Position numbers and translations under genes: made by a program | Source of the DNA: Klebsormidium nitens | Lineage: Eukaryota; Plantae; Klebsormidiophyceae | DNA: 64,000 nucleotides | Direction of reading: 5' to 3' | Assembly (NCBI GenBank): GCA_000708835.1 | Contig: DF237016.1 | Coordinates: forward strand, 62,001-126,000 | Notes under the pieces: model-generated | Databases searched by the model: none | What the model was told of the DNA's origin: nothing | Seen by the model: the letters and a program-made list of their open reading frames with translations, nothing else | Shown: one piece after another, positions 52,444-64,000 of the stretch | How positions within the stretch are numbered: position 1 is the first letter of the stretch | Layout of the letters: each line of letters begins with the position of its first letter

Positions 52444-53598
52444 TGTTGTCACGCTAGTCTATTGGTCAATATTGTCCTAGGCTACCTGCACTTTGATCTT
52501 TAGAAACATCGCCAGTGGTGAATGACATTTATACCCAATACATGGCACCAGCCTGCTCCAGAGGATCTTATTATCTATATCACGACCACCATGACTGCCA
52601 ATTCCAATGGGCCTTTAAATCGCACATTTAACATTGCTCCTCATTGTCTCATCTTTGAGCAATTGGCAGGATTCGGAAGATGTGCAAAACCCCACGCCCT
52701 CACGCCCTCATGCAGGCTTCTCACTGACATCACTGACATCAGTCTGTTGGAGTTTGGAATGATACATCTCTGGCCCATCTCTGGCACCGGGAATCTCCCC
52801 CGATCAGTGTATCATCTCCCGGTGAGCATAGCATCGGTTCTCGGCAGGCAATTTTGAGAAGGTGGCCGGCCTGGACATTTGTCGACAGTATCGCATGACG
52901 GTTATCGGTATACCTCCATGCTCCTCGGAACATGCACCCCGACCCCGTCTTCCCGAATATTTTACCAAGTACGTACAACTCTCCCCTCTGCATCAGCTGC
53001 ATGATGTTCACAAGACTAGCCAGAGTTCCACTTTCACAAATCAGCTCCCCATCATCACTTCTGTCTTGGGGGCAGGAGCAGTCCTCGTGAGCGGCTAGCA
53101 AAGCAACATTGCTTTTTGTATGAAGCGTGGTTCTGAGAGAGTGCGTGGGCACTCTGCAGAATATGCATCATCGCATGGAGGTAATTCGCCTCAGAAACAG
53201 CGCACTTCTCATATGTTCCTTCAGTCAGTCAAGAGTGATGATTAGGGCAATGTCAAACAAAGAAATACGAGAAGTGGTGGAGTGGCAATATAGTTTCTGC
53301 CAGATCTGAGAGCAATCAGTGGTTCCAAGATATCATAATCACGCATTCGGTGGGCTAATGGCATCTAGAATCAGATTCTTTTGTTATATTGTCCGCCCCT
53401 CACCCTTAGGTCACTACTTCCCCCTGCTAAAGCTGGAATCAGCAGCATTTCAGAGTACCTACACCACTTACTTATCCGTTGGGTTAAACTCCTCATCAGC
53501 TTGACTGAATTCTGCGGGTATCTTGTCTTGATCCTTTTGAGCTGAAAGTAGGTCCCAGTGTTGTCACAGGGTCTGTTGTTAAACAAAGGCAGTACAAT

Positions 53599-55505
53599 AT
53601 GCCACAGCATACAGAGTTGAAGCTTCTTGAGAGCCCAATTCCTGCTCAGAGCAGTGTCTCAGCTGGAACCACTGCCTTAGAAATCGCACCAGGTCTAGAA
53701 TCGCACAAGCACGCTGCAGCTGGACTGCCCAAATCGTCGGCGCCAGTCCTGAAACCACCAGCATTGAGTGACAGGGAGGGGTCTGAAGAGCAGCCACTTT
53801 TACCCGTGTTCCGTAGAAAGCGCAGCAAGCTTTATTGGTTGAGGAAGGTGGGGCTGCTGTTGGCCATCTTCAGTGCGTCCCTCTCTCTGGTGGTTGTATT
53901 GTTTCTGCACTTGCCGACCATTGACACCGTCGAAGGGGACAGCGAGCAGGCGGCGCTCAAGGTGCCGACGACTTTGGAGGACTTGAAAGTGTTCCGCAAC
54001 GTCATCGACCGCTATCAGGTGCGAATTCCTTCTGGCCACATGTCATCAAATCACTGTTCAGTAGTACAGCTTCGACTTTGTATTAGCAAAGATCATCAGA
54101 TGACGGTGGATGGATGTCAAAACTGGACGTCTGTTTTCAACAGGGTCAGCCACTTCTTAGCGGTTGTCCGCAAGGGCAGACAGTTGTCACATGGTCGCTC
54201 GTCTGGAAGGGCCCACTCTCGCGGATGTCCTGGATCCTACAGGAGAGCTGCAAAGACATTGTCATGCCCCGTAGACATCATATCACGTAGTCGAGTTGAG
54301 AGGGTGGACGCACATTCAGGTTCGAAGCAATTGTCTTACGTGACAGGCCCTCTCGATTTGACAATTCGCAAAATTATCTGGCGCCCCGGTGAAAAGTATG
54401 AGCTGCGATTTGAAGAACGTGAGCATCACTAAGTGGCAGCTAGACTGATCATTTCGGAAGCCAGAGGATTCAAGTGTCGTTGTGCCATGATGCCCCATCG
54501 GAAATGGGTGAAAGAGGCTTGATGTTTGGCTGTCTCACTCCAACAACGAGTTCTCTGGATTCGGCCTCGGACGACATATGCTGCAAGTCAACGCCTGCGC
54601 TTGAGTGACCTCCAGGTGATGCCTTTCCATCACAACAGTCGCTGTAAATCGCTAATCTCTCCGTGCAGTCAAAGAACAAGTACCGGGTGGCGATTGCCCT
54701 CATCATGCTCTACATCTTTCTTCAGACTTTCATCATCCCGGGGTCCATCTTCATCAATCTCCTCGCGGGCAGTTTGTACAATTTTGGGACGGCCTTAGCC
54801 TTCTGTACGGTAAGTGACGAATTTTTGAGATCGTCCCGGCACGACAGATACGTCAGATAAAGAGGCACCACTGTTTTTCACGGTCTCGTGTTTTCGCAGC
54901 AAACACCCATCAAATTTGGATAGTCTGCGGTACGCAGTTCCAAAAGCTCGCGGCGTTGAAGAATTGCTCGTGTCATATGATTATTTTATTGGTCCTACAC
55001 AGGTACACTTGCGAGATGACGGTTACTGATTTACTTCGGAAGGGATGTTGACCTCTCTCCTATCTCCATGCAGGTCGTATCAACTATCGGGTGCTGTTGC
55101 TGCTTCTTGATATCGCGACATCTTCTGAAAGATGTTATGTACAGCATATTTCCAAAGAAGTGCGATTCTTTAAGTGGCGAAGTTCAGAAGCACAAGCAAA
55201 ACTTGTTCTTTTTCATCCTTTTTCTTCGCATAGCACCCATCCTCCCTGGATGGTTTGTGAATATAGCTTCACCCGTGGTCAAAGTCCCGCTTAGTCCCTT
55301 TTGTTTAGGAACCTTGGTAGGAATGCTTCCACAGAGTTTTCTCACCGTAAAAGCTGGAAGAACGTTGACTACCATCTCTAGTCTTGCGGAGCTCTATGAT
55401 TGGCAAACACTAGGGACCTTAGGGGGCTTTGGCGTCCTCGCTTTGCTTCCTGTTTACGTGAAGCATAGGCTGGAGCAAAGCCAGACAGGCCACAAAAGCG
55501 TTTGA
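53599..55505 (+). CDS. TMEM41-like / SNARE-associated (VTT/DedA) membrane protein
   Basis: Exons 53599-54018, 54669-54809 and 55074-55505; motifs YIFLQTFIIPGSIFINLLAGSLY and FLRIAPILPGWFVNIASPVV. Confidence 0.9.
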
Positions 55506-56249
55506 AGTGTTCCTTCAAATAACGTTCGGGTGAGGTTTAGTACTCGTGCAAATACCCAGAGTTCTATTGTGCTTGGAAAGTTCAGTCGGAGCAAGCAACA
55601 TATTTCATTGGGCGTTTTTGCATTTCACCGGTCAAGGATCTCAGAAATGGTTTTTGGAACCTGCTCTTCTTCGTGGCCCGTTGCCGAGCAAAACGCGCCC
55701 TTCAATGTGTCAGAGAACGCTCAGTTGAGGAACGAATTGGGACCATATGCTGGCGAGCAATGCTTAGCACTATGGATTTGACTTGACGTGTAAGCATTGC
55801 TGCCGGCGGCCACTATTGACGTACTCAACGGTATGCATCATTGGTGTAGAGTCGTTAATCAGCGACCACTTATGCACTACCTATGCGATCCGGACCAATT
55901 GGTGAAAGCATGTGAAGGTTTTTGTCAATTGAACCCTCCGACTTGCAACCGAGCCGCCGTCACTGATTGCAGTTTAAGAAGCATATTGAACACCTTTCAG
56001 TTTGCGAGCCACCCGCTAGCCCGTCCGATGGTCACGGAGCTCTGCAAAGCCCCTGTGATCATTGTAGTCCTAGCCTATTGGGGCCCCGTCTTGAAATTCT
56101 GAAATGTCTGGCGCGCGGCAAGCATTCAACTTCCCAGAGCAGAGTCCGATCAACAATTGTATGTCATGAGAAGCCTATGCCGCACTGGCTACGGCGTTAC
56201 GAAAAGATGAAAAAGAGACCATCATGCAACGCGACGCGCATGGAACTAA

Positions 56250-56795
56250 GGCCCTATTCTCATTAGCGGCGGATGGCACAACAATTTTTAATCTAAATCT
56301 TCTGATTGGCTCCGGAAAACTTCTACCGCGCTTCCACTAGCAGTTGTGCCGGCGGAACTCGATAAAAAAAATGCTTACGTCAGCGGCACAAAAATATCCA
56401 AAGTTCGACCCTTGTGCCCCCTCGGGTCGAACTCCTATTTTTCTGTGCCGGGCAACCACGTGGTTGAACTGGCCACTCACAGCCCGAGGTGCTAGATTCT
56501 GGCGCGCCAGGGCTGCAAGTTGCAACGTAGTGATGACTGTGCACAGGAGGCAAGCACAGCAGCTGTAGGATAGCCTGTAGGGTACCTAGCTGGTCTTTTG
56601 CCTGCTCGGGGTTTAGGGTTTTGCATGCCAGCGTGGCAATTCCCGATTTTGTACCAGGACTTGTGCCGTGGTGTGATTTCACTTGCGGCCGGCACAACTT
56701 CACGCTTTTCGCTTTTTTGGGCACTTCCGGGCAAGTTCCGGGCAAAAAAGGATTTATTAATTGTTGTGCCGTCCGCCGCCAATGAGAACAGGGCC
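56250..56795. mobile_element. Non-autonomous PIF/Harbinger-type (Tourist-like) MITE, 546 bp
   Basis: 37-bp TIRs with 3 mismatches (ggccctattctcattagcggcggatggcacaacaatt vs the reverse complement of the right end, ggccctgttctcattggcggcggacggcacaacaatt). TAA target-site duplication at 56247-56249 and 56796-56798. Confidence 0.85.
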
Positions 56796-57301
56796 TAATC
56801 GTAGAGTAATTAACTTGACTGGATTAACTTCGCGTAGGCCGGCCGGGGCCGCGCCAAGCGGCCGGCCCGTCTGCTTCCCGCCGGGCGGCGGCCGCCAACT
56901 GGAGGGGGGGCGGCCCGGGATACTTCATAAACCCTTTTGTAAAGGGCTGCTACCGTCCGATATGGATGACATGCGACTCATGGACGGTGAATAACGCCAC
57001 CTGACTGCGTGCGAGCGTCCACGTCAGCAGCACCACAACTGCCACCCGGCCAAAAAGCTGTTCGAGTCAGCGGTGATTGCCACTGATTGGAACTGGGCAG
57101 TGCGAGAAGGTGGCACTCAAGAACAGCAAACGGTTTTGCTGCACACAGCACACTGCAAACCATTGGCATTGGCTTTCATTGAAAATTCTACATTGTGCTG
57201 CAGCCTGCGCATGCTCCCATTGAATCTGCACTCTACCATATTGCGATCTTCAGAAGTCGATCAGTGCACCTCAGAGAATTTCAGCAGGAATCAGTATCAC
57301 A

Positions 57302-59171
57302 ATGGCTCTCTCTGCGGCAGCTGTCACTTCGGTGGGGTTGGTCCACGCCGCCTTGGCTACCAGCAGCGTTGCTCACAGGACAGCAGCGCCAGCTGCACCG
57401 AGCTGCGCGGGCCTTGCTGGCTCCGCATCTGCTCGTTTCTTGAACAGGAAGGCCACATTGGGATTCAGGAGCATTGTCAGGAAACAGATTGGTGAAGGCA
57501 GGTCGGCTGGTGTTGTCTGCGAAGCAGGGGATGTGGTTGGAGGACAGTCCTTCTTGATTGGTGGAGCGATCTTGGTGGGGCTAATTGGCACTGCATATCC
57601 CCTCCTGTTCGCAAAGAAGGGGGACACGTAAGTTTGATGTTGCATTCTTTGTTGTTCACAATCCGCCTCCAAAAATATGAGGCTGGTCAGCACTGCTTTG
57701 CAGTTTTACTAGTGGTCAGACCAGTCATTGCTGTTGGAAAGACCTGAGAAGAGGGGCTCAGGGCTACCTGTTCTGATCTTTTCGAGAATGATGATTGATG
57801 CTGGGTTTGCCTAGTCCCATATGCCAGTTGACGCATATTTCCAAAGTGCCGTCAGCTTATGAGATGCAATATCCTCCTGGCCAAGCCTCTTCCCTAGATG
57901 CCTGCTTATCTTTCTTGCAGATGGGTGCATTGTGTTCACAACCCATCCTTGCATTATCCTGCTGTCAAGAATCTTTCACGCAGCCTTCCCGATTCTCGAC
58001 AAGAGATTGCAAGATGTTTACAAGCGTGTGATCAGTGTTGAATGATGTCTGCTGTCCCTCACTTCAGACACTAATGGCGCATAAGCTGTTGGCTTCTATT
58101 TGCGGAAGATGCGCATATCACTGGAAAATTCAGGAGGCCAGTCAGTCTGGCTCCCCAGGACATCCTGAGGCTTCAAGCTATCCTCACCTTGTTGTCTTTG
58201 GAAGGATTTTTGGACCTTTAAACAGGAATTTTCACCAGCACCTTTAGCAAGGGCATTGTTTCGACCTAGGATTGTCCCGCTGTCTGTCCATTATTCTTCA
58301 TAGGAGCCAATTCACACCTTATTACGAAAGTATAACCTAGCCTGTTTATGACTGATTTGGACACTTCTCATTGGCTTGGGCTCACTACTTTCATCCTTGC
58401 GGCTTGTTCTTCCACCTTTTTGTCTGGATTCTAGACATTGTTCTGATGCTGAGCTCGATTTGGCCAGATTCTGCAACTTATGTGAACTTCTGCGCAGAGA
58501 TGCTGCTTGCAGCCTTGCTCTTGCTTGATTGCAAAGACTGGGAGGAGGGGAAGGGGGAGGGGACAGATTGGGAAGGGGGAAGGGGCGGAGGGTGAACATG
58601 TATTTGCAGTCAACATGATGTGCTGCTAAGGTGACAAGAATGGATGCCCTGTAATGAGGAACCTTTTGGTGATCTGAATTATCTAAGTTGCTCGTCACAT
58701 AGAGCGTGTACTCGCATATGTCAAGCTTCCCTACTCTGTTGGTATGGTAAGTTTGCTCCTGCAGCACCCAACCATTGAAGCTGGCAACAGTGTCAATGCA
58801 TCTTCTTGTATATACTGAGGAGGGAGGGTTTGTTTGCAGATGCCCCACATGTGGCGGTGCTGGATTTGTCCGCAAGTCAGGTGGCCGCTTGGCTGCTAAT
58901 GCTGCAAGGAAGGACCAGCAGGAGATTGTATGCCAGACTTGCAAGGGTCTTGGCAAAGTTGGTAAGTTGGTGTTCAGCCCTGCATTCGTGCATTTGACGC
59001 ACCAGGAAACCTTTAGTTTGCAGCGTCAAGCTACACCAAAAGCTTCAAAATTGTGCATAGGTACAGAAATCCAATGAACGAGTACTTGATTGAAATGAAG
59101 ATTAGTTTGAGTACATTGCAACTGAACAAGCCCAGTCCTTTCTTCCTCCAGGTGTGATCAGCAAGAACTAG
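57302..59171 (+). CDS. Plastid-targeted DnaJ-like cysteine-rich Zn-finger protein with one TM helix
   Basis: Ala/Ser-rich transit peptide, TM FLIGGAILVGLIGTAYPLLF, then CPTCGGAGFVRKSG..AANAARKD..IVCQTCKGLGK. Exons 57302-57627, 58840-58961 and 59152-59171. Confidence 0.85.
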
Positions 59172-60416
59172 AAGGGCATCCAGGCAAGAGCGGCGGCGCA
59201 TGTCACGCTTCCCTCTAGAAACTGGGCACGCTTCTAAACGTGATGAGGTAGGTTGAGCAGTGTTTGTGCATAGTGTTATATCTTGCATACATGGGTGCCA
59301 TGTGCGTTGACCGCGCGTTAACCTTCGGTGGAAGATCATGTACAATTATAGATTAGCGACAAGTAGATGCATCTGACTTGAGAGATTTGTAAAGTGCCGC
59401 GCTTTTGATAGCGGCCAGTAATCTGGAAGAGACACGAGCTGAGATTTGGACTGAATTTCATTGAGCACCTTCCTGCAACATTGCCTCGAGTTCGCTTGAA
59501 TTGTGAATTCAAATATGTGTTGACATTTAATCTTAAAAACTTTTCAGACTTAACTGGGTGCGGGCGTGTCTTTATATTGATGGTCACTTTCTATACATGA
59601 TTATTATATCCAAGTTGCTTTACCTAGATATAATGTGGCTCTTATATCAAGTTGGTCGGATGCATGAAGCGGTCTTGGTCTTGTAACATTCATAATCGTT
59701 CTAGGCGTATCCAGCTATTCCCATTTTAAGATGGGTTTATCAGATCGGAATCAAATCTATATAGGTACTTGTCTGGCCACCAACTGCAATTCGTCACCCG
59801 GCCACACCGTCAGGCCGACCTCATATTGTCGGAGTCTTGCCTAGCTGTGCTTATTCAAGGACCCAAGCTTTCCATTCATGCAATTTAAGTGAAACTTACT
59901 AGCGAGAAGCTCAAATATTCATGGTAGAAAGAAGTTACGATCAGTACCATTGGCAATGCATGCGCTCCATGCGACAGATCGCTATTGAGGTATGGTACAA
60001 TTCCTCGATCCTCCATACCGGAGACCTATCTGCATGGTGGTCGGATCAACTCCATACATGTCATTAAGGATCGCGCCATGCCGCTGGCACCGCGCGGCCG
60101 GAAAATTATAGCTTCAGGACATCATGTGTGTATATACATCCACGGCTGAGAACAATGATGTTAAAAAGTGACCGACAAAAGCTGATCTGGTGTACAATCC
60201 ACGAACCTATTACTACTCTGCCCTTGCCACGACCTTGGGCCAATCCACAAACCTGCGACGGCAGTGATGTGCCGGCGCCACTTATTTGCAGACAATTTGA
60301 GACCTGAAAGCAACAATTTCAGGTACCCACAATCCGACCCGCGCCTCCGTGAGTTTCGAGTCTGTGGTTGGAAACCGTAACCAAGGGCAAACACTGTGTC
60401 TACAAAAGACAGATGC

Positions 60417-62243
60417 CTAGCCGGCCAATGGATTCGCATGGATTGTCACTTTGTTTAGTCGAATCTCGGCCAGAGGTTTGTCTCCCGGGCCCGTCGGTGT
60501 CTACACACGAGAGCCATGGGGGTCAAGCAATGCCAGATTCTTTTTGGAGAAGGAGAGGAAAAGGACTGCTTGCTTGAACAGCGCAAAAGAGATAATTCCT
60601 CCAGAATAAGAAGTATGGGACTGCTTGCTCGAACTTGTGAGGAAGTAATCGAAGATGTTGTAAAGAAGAAGCTCACCTTTTCCATGATGTCGAGTACCTC
60701 GAAACCGTGTATGACTTTCCCAAACACAGTGTAGAGACCGTTTAGGTGAGCCTGGGGTTTGTACAATCTGCACACGAGCAGCGCCGAAGTGCTTTTAGAA
60801 AACATGAATGCAGTGCCAATAGGGAGGTTGGACACTCAAGCAGACGAGCAGCTTCGTCGAAATCAAGTGACAAGATACGAAAAGCAAGTGGAGTGACGGG
60901 CGCATCTGTTTCTGCTCATACGGGTGATGAAGAATGAAGTGGCTTCATGCAATCTCTATAAAGCGGTGTTTGAAATCTGACCAATCTTCGTCAAAATACG
61001 CGTCTGACAGGTGGACCAATAAAGAGAGTTTAAGACAATACACTGCGGTAGATAAAGACATCTGCTAAAATCGTCAAAAAGAATGAGTAAAGATTTCTAA
61101 GTTGCGAACTCACAGGAAAAATTGGGACTTGTTTGTGTTTGGGCCGCTATTTGCCATCGACAAGATGCCCCTGCACAGACCAAAGGAGACAAAGTTTGAC
61201 ATCTCATCAATTGTGAAACAACCAGCCTGGACTGGCGCCACATCTGCCTACTTACATTTGGGTTGTCATATAGAAAGCGAGCCGCTCTTCATCAAGGAGC
61301 TCAACGTTTGTTCTGTGGCAGGACCTGAGCCCTGAGAGGTTCTCAATCAGATGATTGAGATTTGAGTGAAATCTGGCAACTTGACCCCTTGCGGAAGAAC
61401 CTAAGATATCTGTTCGATCTCCTCTTGAAGCAATTACGTCACCAAAATCTCCAACATCAACTGGTTGCTCAGACGTATGCCCACATAAGCGGCTTCTTCA
61501 CAGCACAGTATGAACACTCTGCTGAAAAGTCTCACCTTGCATTATGCTTAAGATTGTCTCTGATCTCATCAGGAAACTTGCCGCCCCAGATGCTCTGCCC
61601 CCCCTTCCCTGTTCCTGTAGGATCGCCGCCCTGTATCATGAAACCTTTGATGTTCCTGCAAAGACCGGGAGGGCGGGGAGCTGAGCATCTTCACCACCCC
61701 CTGACTGCACATTTTCATTTCACTAAACGCAAGATAACTATCAAGGCGGCCAATAAAGCAATGAGAAAACATTGAAAGCCTTGCAGGCCGATCGAAGCAC
61801 CGGTGGCAATCACCTGTGGAAGACGGTACCATCATAGTAGCCGCTGGCGCAGAGCGCCAGAAAGTTCTCTGCCGCTTTTGGGACGTCTGTACAGAAGACC
61901 TCGCACTTGATGTCCCCAAGGTTGGTGTGGAGAGTCACCGACTGCAATGGCTTTGTCTCTTTGAGCAAATAGATTCTTGAAGAGAAGAGAAAACCAACTC
62001 AGTGGAATTTTGTAACATTGAGGACCAGACGATGGTGTGAAGGTGGTAAAACAGGCTTGGATGAGATGCTGTCATCTGACACATCGTATCAAAGATCATC
62101 GCTCAAATTGGATATGCGATTCACAACAGACATCTTTTTCTCAGGCCCTAAAAGTCTGATAAACCGAATCATGCAAGGGCGTAGGAGTAGCGTGATACAC
62201 GAGACTTGGCAGCATGTTCGATCTTGACCGCTTCGCTTACCAT
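60417..62243 (-). CDS. PPIL3: Cyclophilin peptidyl-prolyl isomerase, PPIL3 / CYP18-1 type
   Basis: ATG-only first coding exon (62241-62243), then [55 protein letters not shown], and the end [27 protein letters not shown]. Confidence 0.93.
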
Positions 62244-63455
62244 CTGTGGCACCGCCACATCAGTGTACCGCCAACCGCAAATGTTGTGTCCACCCTCCAA
62301 TTGGCGGCTCTAAGTTGATTTAACGGGGGTCTGAACACCAAAGCTGGTCAAGAAGAGGGCCGCAATGCTCAGAACTTCTGTGACATAGAATGGCCAGCTT
62401 TACGAAAGCCTTTGGTGAGTAGTAACTAATAGGCAGTGATTTCTGATGCGAGGGCGTGTTCAGGCGTGTTGGGCAACTGGGCTTTTTGCAAATATGGGAA
62501 TCAAAATTGAGTTGTCAACACTGTCAGTCAATGTTGAAAACTGAAATTTGCATAGCAGAGAAAAGCTCGCCAATTTTTTGCCCGGGGTTCCGCGAAGCAA
62601 AGAGCGGAACGAGGACCAAGGTTTTATAGGGGTTTGTCGGAACGAGCCTGAGGCCGCATCACTAGCCTATGCGGCCGCGGCCGGGCAGCCGCGCGTGCGC
62701 CCATCCGAGTCAGCCTGAGAAGCCAAGGATGCAGATCACAGCCCGGCCACACATGCGCGGCACCGAGGAGTCATTTCAAGTTGGTATGCATCTCACACGC
62801 AAGTTTCAATGCCCATGAAGGCTGCAGTTTGCGACCGTAAGCGATTGCAGGGGCAAGGCCTCCGCGACGGGCCCATCCGGATTGGTCCTGCTCGCAAATC
62901 AACTCGTCATGACAATGGATACACAGCAATCCAACAAAGTGGCATACAAACATGGCCTTATGATTTGCAGTAGTCTGGCTCGCCCATATGTCAGATAACA
63001 AAGGTGCAATAGGTTCTCTTCCATAAAGCACGGGTTCCAAATTGCAGGCTTAAGGCTGTAAATCGACGCCTCTATGCACAGGAAAATCATGAACATGGGC
63101 ATACATGCATTTGTTGACCTACAATGCTCGGATGCTTGCTTACCAAGATTCAAAAATGCTTTTCCGTTTGAACAATGAAACAACATTGCCAGGTGTTACA
63201 AACAGAAAAGCGCCCCTGTGAAAGTATTCAGACCCCCCAGTCCTTGTTCCAAGTCTTGTACTTTCAAACCAAGACCGACGTCACACCTACTTAAAAATAT
63301 CCATGGCAGACTCCACAGCATGCCCCTCGGGTCAGAGTGAAAGAATTTGTTTCGCCTTGACGACAGCTGCTCTTCTTTCCGTCAACAGACAAAACGTGTC
63401 GAGGACCTGACTGAGAACTAAGTCAACTAAACGGAAGTTACTCCGCACACCAGAC

Positions 63456-63828
63456 TTACGCGTTCACAGCTTCTGGGAAGCGGGTTACATAGTTGAGAGG
63501 GACCTGCACCAACGAAGGAGGCACAAAGTGTCAATGAATCGGACTTTGGCTTCGACTTCGACAAACCCGTACAATAAGTTCGCTCACAGTGGAACAGCAC
63601 AACATGCAGAGACCAGATTTCGCGTTGCTTAGGAAGTGCTTAAATCTACTGACTCCTACATGAATGCACCAGCTAACCAAACAGAGAGAAGTAAGCGGTT
63701 GAGGGTTTCTCACCAAGAAAGTTGCAGAAATCTGTTTTCCCGCAAACCACCTGCCGTGCAAAGCTTTCTGCGCATTCTGGGCAGAAGTGGTTGCATCAAA
63801 CTTCAGATACACATGTCCCATGCTGTTC
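63456..63828 (-). CDS. RBM39: 3' end (C-terminal UHM/RRM) of an RBM39/CAPER-like splicing factor; the gene continues beyond the window
   Basis: Exon 63828-63714 NSMGHVYLKFDATTSAQNAQKALHGRWFAGKQISATFL and last exon 63503-63456 VPLNYVTRFPEAVNA*. Confidence 0.75.
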
Positions 63829-64000
63829 CTGCGGCACGTCACGGAATAAGATTCAGGGGAGCTGTAAGCCCGCACAGAAAGGCAAAACGGACTTGGGTCT
63901 GTTCTTCTCAGCTGTTCTTGCAGCAGCAGCAGCTTTGCCCAGTCTCCAACCAATCTAGGGAAACAAAAGCAGCGCCTCCAGCATCTGCCTAGTCAAAGCA

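Noticed and set aside
52739-53152. ORF with YVLGKIFGKTGSGCMFRGAWR resembling a kinase glycine loop
   Set aside because: No VAIK lysine, HRD or DFG motifs and no supporting exons; it lies in the COG2/TMEM41 divergent spacer.
56403-56432. GTTCGA-containing hairpin suggesting a tRNA T-arm or B-box
   Set aside because: No cloverleaf or A-box; it is internal to the MITE.
58312-58956. 214-aa antisense ORF
   Set aside because: Lies in the intron and exon 2 of the DnaJ-like gene on the opposite strand, with low-complexity content.
62324-63238. Short inverted repeat gggggtctgaa(c/t)ac bounding about 915 bp of intergenic DNA; possible MITE
   Set aside because: Only about 14 bp match, no extension and no TSD; it could be chance.
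1-64000. CRISPR arrays, rRNA, tRNA and snRNA genes
   Set aside because: No regularly spaced repeat-spacer units or recognisable structural RNA signatures were seen by eye. An Infernal/tRNAscan run would be decisive.

Overview
This is eukaryotic, intron-rich nuclear DNA with GT-AG introns and GC-rich exons. The gene content is streptophyte-like, and a charophyte alga such as Klebsormidium is inferred but not proven. I spliced the gene models by hand from the ORF track. Conserved genes: a peroxisomal SDR+MDR oxidoreductase, a sterol-desaturase-family gene, an NHL-repeat protein, COG2, a TMEM41/VTT protein, a plastid DnaJ-like Zn-finger protein, a PPIL3-type cyclophilin and the 3' end of an RBM39-like gene. 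Unusual items: (1) a bacterial-type C5 DNA methyltransferase with intact catalytic motifs fused to C-terminal PWWP and two Tudor-like domains; (2) a 14-exon gene fusing an unknown domain, a YCII domain and a complete bacterial YicC endoribonuclease behind a probable organellar transit peptide; (3) two tandem-duplicated 174-nt exons, probably mutually exclusive, that would swap the SDR substrate-binding loop; (4) three small two-TM paralogs spaced about 1.65 kb apart; (5) a split orphan ORF with a degenerate tandem paralog; (6) two MITE-like elements. I recognised no rRNA, tRNA or CRISPR array.
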